Source: an uncultured bacterium
GTDB taxonomy: Bacteria; Fidelibacterota; Marinisomatia; Marinisomatales; UBA1611
Direction: 5' to 3'
DNA: 47,538 nucleotides
Assembly: GCA_964478995.1 (NCBI GenBank)
Contig: CAYZJY010000003.1
Coordinates: 1 to 47,538, forward strand
The notes below the pieces were generated by a model. The model was given only the letters and a program-made list of their open reading frames with translations, was not told where the DNA came from and ran no database searches. Shown here one piece after another: positions 42,270 to 47,538 of this stretch. The position numbers were made by a program, and so were the translations under genes. Positions within the stretch are counted from its first letter, which is position 1; each line of letters starts with the position of its first letter.

Positions 42270-43139
42270 TTGAGGCAAATTCAATTAAAGATTACCAGGG
42301 TTCTTGTCTATTCAGGAGCCCTGTTTTTTTTTATGGACTGTGCTGGAAGGGTCAAGCCTTGGAAATTTCAAGATACCCATGCTCTCGATGTCCGCATGCT
42401 TGATGCCCAACAGTGGTCAAAAAAGGTTTCAAGGGACATGAGAGACCTTGATAGGATAATGAAACGTGAACTTCGGTTTTATCTAGATAAAGATCTACGG
42501 ATCTATGAGAGTATAGAACCAGGATATGAAGAAATGAAATCATCGCTTACCAAGATTGATAGTGTGATCAATAGCATAGCCGAATTATATGTTAACCTAA
42601 AAGAATCTCCGGGAGATAGTCTTGAATCAGTGCCTGATGATTCTGCATCATCATATAGAGAAATTATTGAGTCTAGTAGTAAGGATATTCAGATCGCAAA
42701 GAAAGCATATCATAATGGTTTAAAGGATTTGAAAAAGGGGTTTAAAAAAGACAGGAAGAATTTGGTTTTTATTGATGATGAATACATCCACTATAGATTG
42801 ACACTTCATGAGATCAAATACAAGCGCGAAGAATTAGAACCTGAACTAAAACGTTTTAACAAAAAACTAAGTAAGGCACTGTTTGAAGATGATGGATCAT
42901 CCTATGCGAGAAACATTAGGAAGATATCAAAAAAGATAGAATCACATGAAAGCAAATTAGATGTTTATGAAAAATTCTTATCTAATATAGATGGAATCAT
43001 ACTTAAAGAGGTAGGGGGGCATGTGATATTGAGACCATCAAAGGCAAAACCTCTAAAGTTCATGCTGAGGCATGAAAAGGGTCTAAGTGATTATCTAGAT
43101 ACCTTGGAGAAGATCCGAAAGGACCTCGAGTCCATTTGA
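42270..43139 (+). CDS. hypothetical K/E-rich, probably coiled-coil protein with hydrophobic N-terminus
   Basis: The 289-aa ORF has a TTG start in the track, with an alternative ATG at about 42334. The hydrophobic stretch VLVYSGALFFFMDC is followed by a long charged helical sequence. I see no recognisable motif. Confidence 0.45.
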   Translation: MRQIQLKITRVLVYSGALFFFMDCAGRVKPWKFQDTHALDVRMLDAQQWSKKVSRDMRDLDRIMKRELRFYLDKDLRIYESIEPGYEEMKSSLTKIDSVINSIAELYVNLKESPGDSLESVPDDSASSYREIIESSSKDIQIAKKAYHNGLKDLKKGFKKDRKNLVFIDDEYIHYRLTLHEIKYKREELEPELKRFNKKLSKALFEDDGSSYARNIRKISKKIESHESKLDVYEKFLSNIDGIILKEVGGHVILRPSKAKPLKFMLRHEKGLSDYLDTLEKIRKDLESI

Positions 43140-43146
43140 ATTTGAA

Positions 43147-44826
43147 TCATTTTTTCTTTAGATAAACCACCTTGTGGGTGCTCTTATGATGGTTGCCTTC
43201 TACAAGAAAATAGTAAACTCCGTTTGATACAGCATGCCCGCCATTATTAATACCATTCCATTTAAGTGTCATCACAGAGGGTTCGATAAACTCATTGGAT
43301 TGAGACCAGACCTCATGGCCCATAATGTCAAATACACTTGTTTTGATCGTTTGGCCAGTGATCACCTGTAGGTCCATGGAAATTATTTTTCCATATGAAG
43401 GATTTGGGTATGGTGAAAATGAGGTAAAATCTTCTGAATATCCGTCTGATATCTGTAATGACCAATCCCAATCAGAATTATCACGTCCAATGGCTGAAAT
43501 AATGAGAGATATCCAGTCAATGCCGATCTCTGGATCGATGTTCAATTCATTTCCAGAGCGTACCGACCATTGATTATTTCCATCATGTTTTATGATGGAA
43601 GAAAGATGGATCTGTCCTTTGGAAGTAATTGCCGTTACTTTTACAGGACTTTCTGTGGTAAGGGAATAATACCGACTTTCATGTAGACCAAGAGATACAT
43701 TGCTTACTGTCTCAGTATTTCCCTTCTGAAAAAAAAAGGTTTGTTCTGGTGGCCCATAAATAGAGCCCCAGGGAGATAGGATAGTTCTATAGCCTTCGGC
43801 CTCTTCATAGGTATATGGATCTGCATTGATGTCATTACTTAGAATTCGGTTTGCGATGCGCATTCTATTGTAAGCATCTTCAAATGATGAACCATGTGGT
43901 TCAAGTGCGCTGTCTATTGCATCGTAGGTCACATCTTGGCTTGGATTTGCAAGATATCTAGAGTTTTCCCAGCATGATCTTAGTGTCTCTCTTCCACCCA
44001 AATGCTCATCAATATATTGGAAAAAAATAAATGAGCCGTACATGTGAGTATTATTTAAACTTGATTCATGAATGGGCTTATCAGGATTGGAGAACCATGA
44101 AGGCATGTATCTGTAAAGGTCATTTATGTCATCATAAAGTTCATCCTCGCTCCATACTGCAGTCGACTCCATAAACCACAGGCTTTGATCAAAAGCATGG
44201 CAATTATAGTCAAATTGGATGGCATGAAAGAATTCATGCACAGCGGTGACCTTGATGTTGTCTTCTTCAGTGTGATCACTAAATTGATCTCCAGAGTATG
44301 AGTTACGCATCTTTATATAACTCTCACAGGATGCAGTACCACCAACTCCAATTCCGAGTGCATAACCAAAGAACCATGATGGCAGGTTTTCAATGCGAAC
44401 CTCATAGAGACCATCAGAATTAAGGGGTGGTGGATCAAACCCCATGGTATCGACATGGAATGACCAAACTTCTTCAAAAATGATGCCCATGGTGATCACG
44501 TAGTCCACGTTTTCAACAGCATCAATACCATCAACAGCATAGAAAAATCTGAAATGGTTCGTGTCATGCGTTTGATCAAGGACTGGGTTAAGGGCTGTCA
44601 CAGAATTTTCTCTTACTTGGAGACCAATTTGATTCAATTGGGCAACCTCATGCTCCTCTAACCCATCTATTCCATTTCTTATCATGTTATTTATGTGAGG
44701 TGTTGCATGGATGGGTATAGTGCTATTCTTTAGAATGTCATAAGAATCCCTCACTGACATGGACGCACATACCCCTAACGAATGAATAAGGATCAGTAAT
44801 ATTAATCTATTGGTCCAGGTCATCAA
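43147..44826 (-). CDS. secreted HExxH zinc metalloprotease-like protein with T9SS C-terminal sorting domain
   Basis: This 559-aa protein has a signal peptide (LILLILIHSLGVCAS) and the motif TAVHEFFHAIQFDY, with a downstream WFMESTAVW that could supply the third-ligand Glu. The C-terminus is PYPNPSYGKIISMDL..GVYYFLV..VVYLKKK. Confidence 0.65.
   Translation of the reverse strand: MMTWTNRLILLILIHSLGVCASMSVRDSYDILKNSTIPIHATPHINNMIRNGIDGLEEHEVAQLNQIGLQVRENSVTALNPVLDQTHDTNHFRFFYAVDGIDAVENVDYVITMGIIFEEVWSFHVDTMGFDPPPLNSDGLYEVRIENLPSWFFGYALGIGVGGTASCESYIKMRNSYSGDQFSDHTEEDNIKVTAVHEFFHAIQFDYNCHAFDQSLWFMESTAVWSEDELYDDINDLYRYMPSWFSNPDKPIHESSLNNTHMYGSFIFFQYIDEHLGGRETLRSCWENSRYLANPSQDVTYDAIDSALEPHGSSFEDAYNRMRIANRILSNDINADPYTYEEAEGYRTILSPWGSIYGPPEQTFFFQKGNTETVSNVSLGLHESRYYSLTTESPVKVTAITSKGQIHLSSIIKHDGNNQWSVRSGNELNIDPEIGIDWISLIISAIGRDNSDWDWSLQISDGYSEDFTSFSPYPNPSYGKIISMDLQVITGQTIKTSVFDIMGHEVWSQSNEFIEPSVMTLKWNGINNGGHAVSNGVYYFLVEGNHHKSTHKVVYLKKK
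43150..43410 (-). other. T9SS C-terminal sorting domain (PNPSYG subtype)
   Basis: YPNPSYGKIISMDLQVITGQTIKTSVFDIMGHEVWSQ..LKWNGINNGGHAVSNGVYYFLVEGNHHKSTHKVVYLKKK. Confidence 0.65.
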
Positions 44827-44913
44827 ACCTATCTTTATATTTATAGCGAAGATACAGCCCTAGTATTATGAATGATATTGCCCAAAATAATGAAAAATAG
44901 ACCAGCGCATCTT

Positions 44914-45543
44914 TCATAGTATTTTCCATATTGCATCAATGATGAATGTAGATAATATCACAGCAAGGCCAGCCTGAGTTTGAGGACTTGATCTGATGTC
45001 ACTATCTTTGATTGATCCAGATATGGTCATTCCTGCACCTGTCAAGTATAGCCACTTTCTAACTCCAATAGGAATGCCATTTCTTTGTTTGGATCTGCTC
45101 TTGTCTTGTATGGAATCCAATGTGGAAAAATATTCGGTTGAGTAATGAAGAGATGCCATCAGAGTATTATTTTTGGCTGATGAGAATTCATAATGTTCTA
45201 TTGACCTTCGTAGCCTCAATCCTACCTGAAATGATTGTTCGCCTTGGATGACCTGAAAATCCAATACCCCCTTGGGCAAGGTATCTTTTCTTAAGAATGA
45301 GGTATCTCCTTTGACCTTGTACAGAGTGATGTAAAACCATCCTGAATTTGCTTGCCAGGCGGTCACATCCTTATCACCAAGTGTAGAGTCTGTATCTAGC
45401 GCTACCATGATGCCATTGGCCTTGGAATCCAAACTAATCGATTCTAGGAGTATGTCTCTTGAATAAAGAGAGGACATGAATAGCAGAAGGAAAGTTAATG
45501 ATCTTGGTAATTTTATGTTTTTTTTCATGTATTTTCCACTCAT
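44914..45543 (-). CDS. hypothetical exported/membrane protein
   Basis: This is a 209-aa ORF. The likelier start is the internal MKKNIKLPRSLTFLLLFMSSLYS signal peptide at about 45528. A hydrophobic C-terminal segment (GLAVILSTFIIDAIW) is present. I see no recognisable motif. Confidence 0.45.
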   Translation of the reverse strand: MSGKYMKKNIKLPRSLTFLLLFMSSLYSRDILLESISLDSKANGIMVALDTDSTLGDKDVTAWQANSGWFYITLYKVKGDTSFLRKDTLPKGVLDFQVIQGEQSFQVGLRLRRSIEHYEFSSAKNNTLMASLHYSTEYFSTLDSIQDKSRSKQRNGIPIGVRKWLYLTGAGMTISGSIKDSDIRSSPQTQAGLAVILSTFIIDAIWKIL

Positions 45544-45619
45544 TCACCCATGTTTCTCAATTAAACTTTGTTCAGTTTGAACGCGTACGGTAATTTTGTG
45601 AACCCAAATCTGCCAATAT

Positions 45620-47197
45620 ATGAAATTTAAATCCATATCAATGATCGCTCTAATTTTATTTGGGATGATATTTGGTCAGTCTGAAGAATTGGACATTGGT
45701 AACACCTCCGCCAGTAGTTCTGTACAGGGAGCATTTGGTGCAGTCACCATTGATGGAAAAATATGGAACCAAATTGCACTAAGACCTGTGATCCCATTTG
45801 GCAAATTATCAGTTGCATTCGACATGGTGTTGTACATTGACCAAGATGGGAACATTCATGATGATGAGTGGGACTTCTCATCAGGAGAAAAGGTAAAGAA
45901 CACAATCATAGACAAGATATACTATGTACGTTACGGGAGTAGGTGGGATAGAAATTATTTCAAGATAGGTGCCTTGGATAACGTGACCATGGGATATGGT
46001 GTCTTGCTGAACAACTATACAAACACGCTATTATATCCCCAAGTCCGCAAAGTTGGCATGGAGTTTAGGACTCAAGCATTTGGTGTCAACATTCATGGGT
46101 TTACCAATGATTTCAAGGAAAACATGGGACTTGCAGGCATGAGATTATCAGCTCCTGTGCAGTATGGCATTACAGCAGGTCTATCTTGGGTTGGGGACAG
46201 AAATCAATATCTGGGTCTTAGGGACTCCGATGGAGATGGACGTCCTGATCTGGTCGATGATTTTCCAACAAATGATAATTGGTGGCTAGACACAGATGGA
46301 GATGGTTGGGCAGATAATGATACCCTGAATGAATTCGATGTTGATGGAGATGGCTGGACGGATTCGAGTTTCACATATCCTCTCTGGGGAATTGTCATTG
46401 ATCCTGATGGGGTCCAAACAAAACCAGAGCCGATCAACATTAAAAAGGAATCAGAGTCATTCAACTCCTTCGCTCTTGATCTTGGGATGCCCATACTGAG
46501 AGACGGCAAGATATCTCTTGATGTCTATTCCCAATATGCAGCCTTATTAGGAAAGACGATCGATCCAGAGGAGGATGAAGAGGAGGATGCTGGTTATGGC
46601 ATAATACCTTTTGGACTCTCTGCAAGATTTGGCCCGGCTAGGTTCAACTTTGAGTTTAGAATGATCCCGAAGGGTAATTTCGAATTTGGTTATTTTGATC
46701 GTTCTTATGAGGTAGAGCGTGCAACTTTCCAGAGCATAACGGGCAATCAAGGTACGATTATCACAAAATCAAAGAAACTAGGTACATATGGCAAGCAAAA
46801 TGGGTTCTACTCATCATTGAATATCGGCCTTGGGAGTCTATTTGATTCAGGATTGGCATTTCAAAATCTTAATGGCGAGCAATACGATTCTGAGACCGAT
46901 TCCTTTCAGGATGCATCAAATCAAAGTTTTACTGCCATATTGAAGTTAAAGAAAGCAATTAGTAAAATTGAAAAAGCATCGTGGTTCTACCAACAAAGAA
47001 ATGTGCCGAATCCTTTTGATTTTGAATACTCTGAGTCAACCATAATGGGTTACAACATTGGTCTCAAACTAGGCAATGGAATGGTGTTGACCTATGTATT
47101 TCGACGAACCTTTCAAGACATGAATGGGGATGGTGATGTGTTGGACAAGGATGAAATGATCAATATGACAAGCGTGGAGACAAGTTTCTCTTTTTGA
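45620..47197 (+). CDS. predicted outer-membrane beta-barrel protein with an inserted thrombospondin-type-3-like calcium-binding repeat region
   Basis: The signal peptide is [16 protein letters not shown]. The insert reads [47 protein letters not shown]. The remainder shows alternating beta-strand patterns, and the C-terminus is VETSFSF, with a terminal Phe typical of OM barrels. Confidence 0.5.
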   Translation: MKFKSISMIALILFGMIFGQSEELDIGNTSASSSVQGAFGAVTIDGKIWNQIALRPVIPFGKLSVAFDMVLYIDQDGNIHDDEWDFSSGEKVKNTIIDKIYYVRYGSRWDRNYFKIGALDNVTMGYGVLLNNYTNTLLYPQVRKVGMEFRTQAFGVNIHGFTNDFKENMGLAGMRLSAPVQYGITAGLSWVGDRNQYLGLRDSDGDGRPDLVDDFPTNDNWWLDTDGDGWADNDTLNEFDVDGDGWTDSSFTYPLWGIVIDPDGVQTKPEPINIKKESESFNSFALDLGMPILRDGKISLDVYSQYAALLGKTIDPEEDEEEDAGYGIIPFGLSARFGPARFNFEFRMIPKGNFEFGYFDRSYEVERATFQSITGNQGTIITKSKKLGTYGKQNGFYSSLNIGLGSLFDSGLAFQNLNGEQYDSETDSFQDASNQSFTAILKLKKAISKIEKASWFYQQRNVPNPFDFEYSESTIMGYNIGLKLGNGMVLTYVFRRTFQDMNGDGDVLDKDEMINMTSVETSFSF

Positions 47198-47198
47198 C

Positions 47199-47538
47199 AT
47201 GAATTCAAAAGAAATAAGACAATCTTTCATAAACTATTTTGAGAGCAAGGGGCACAAATTTACCCGTAGTTCCTCAGTCGTGCCAATAGATGACCCAACC
47301 CTGCTGTTCACAAATGCTGGTATGAATCAGTTTAAACCTATCTTTTTGGATCAGGTTCAGGCGGAACACTCAAGAGCGGTCAATAGTCAAAAATGCATTA
47401 GAGTCTCTGGTAAGCATAATGATCTGGAAGAGGTAGGCGTAGATACCTTTCACCACACATTCTTTGAGATGTTGGGTAATTGGTCTTTTGGAGACTACTA
47501 TATGAAAGAAGCAATAGAATGGGCCTGTGATCTTTTTA
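47199..47538 (+). CDS. alaS: alanine--tRNA ligase, N-terminal fragment (gene continues past the right edge)
   Basis: An ATG at 47199 opens the frame [50 protein letters not shown]...[37 protein letters not shown]. This is the conserved AlaRS class II N-terminus. Confidence 0.9.
   Translation, partial: MNSKEIRQSFINYFESKGHKFTRSSSVVPIDDPTLLFTNAGMNQFKPIFLDQVQAEHSRAVNSQKCIRVSGKHNDLEEVGVDTFHHTFFEMLGNWSFGDYYMKEAIEWACDLF

Noticed and set aside
42324-42332. Homopolymer tracts as possible phase-variation switches: T9 at 42324-42332 near the 5' end of the coiled-coil ORF, A9 at 43729-43737, T8 at 45518-45525 and A8 at 5524-5531.
   Set aside because: The tracts are 9 nt or shorter and encode ordinary Phe or Lys runs. 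This is expected in an AT-rich genome. No associated invertible element or methyltransferase is present, so the evidence is too weak to call.
45570-45582. Inverted repeat gttca-gtt-tgaac (next to an acgcgt palindrome) in the divergent promoter region between 44914-45543 (minus strand) and 45620-47197 (plus strand), as a possible operator.
   Set aside because: Each arm is only 5 bp, so it is easily expected by chance in 76 nt of intergenic DNA. No regulator gene lies adjacent.
1-47538. Searched by eye for defence systems, mobile elements and RNA genes: restriction-modification, CRISPR-Cas, toxin-antitoxin, abortive-infection nucleases, retrons, integrases, transposases, phage genes, tRNA and rRNA.
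   Set aside because: I found no nuclease, methylase, reverse transcriptase, recombinase or Cas-like motifs, and no small paired ORFs. I saw no cloverleaf-capable sequence in the intergenic regions; the longest is 131 nt and the rest are under 125 nt. The window looks like envelope and secretion functions flanked by housekeeping genes (pnt, alaS).

Overview
This is a 47.5 kb, visibly AT-rich bacterial window with no rRNA, tRNA, CRISPR array, transposase or integrase that I can see. All coordinates and motifs were read by hand, and no homology search was run.

**Layout**
- Left edge (minus strand): a split NAD(P) transhydrogenase operon, pntAA-pntAB-pntB, with pntB truncated by the window edge.
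- 1654-43139: about 41.5 kb of exclusively plus-strand genes with very short or overlapping junctions. In order:
  - three secreted proteins carrying T9SS-type C-terminal sorting domains (CTDs): a beta-helix protein, a small unknown, and a large M6 metalloprotease
  - a complete single-array type IVa pilus locus (pilin, pilT, three minor-pilin-like genes, pilMNOPQ, an embedded 747-aa lipoprotein, pilB, pilC, pilD)
  - a gingipain-like C25 protein ending in a dockerin-like module
  - a six-gene, translationally coupled poly-gamma-glutamate (PGA) locus (pgsB, pgsC and four non-Bacillus-type envelope genes)
  - a 1003-aa repeat/propeller T9SS cargo, an M14 carboxypeptidase cargo, a second C25 cargo, a small glutaredoxin and a coiled-coil unknown
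- Right end: a minus-strand HExxH metalloprotease cargo plus an unknown, a plus-strand outer-membrane (OM) barrel-like protein with calcium-binding repeats, and the 5' end of alaS.

Seven proteins carry T9SS CTDs. This points to a diderm of the FCB-type lineages (Bacteroidota relatives or candidate phyla); I cannot place it more precisely.

**Best candidates for something undescribed**
1. The pgsBC locus, which is fused into an operon with a TM-anchored accessory protein, a strongly basic tandem-domain periplasmic protein, a predicted OM beta-barrel and a beta-propeller lipoprotein. This could be a trans-envelope PGA secretion system.
2. The large Ig-like lipoprotein embedded between pilQ and pilB.
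3. A module of roughly 185-210 aa shared by three otherwise unrelated proteases. Separately, both C25 paralogs appear to have lost the canonical catalytic His.
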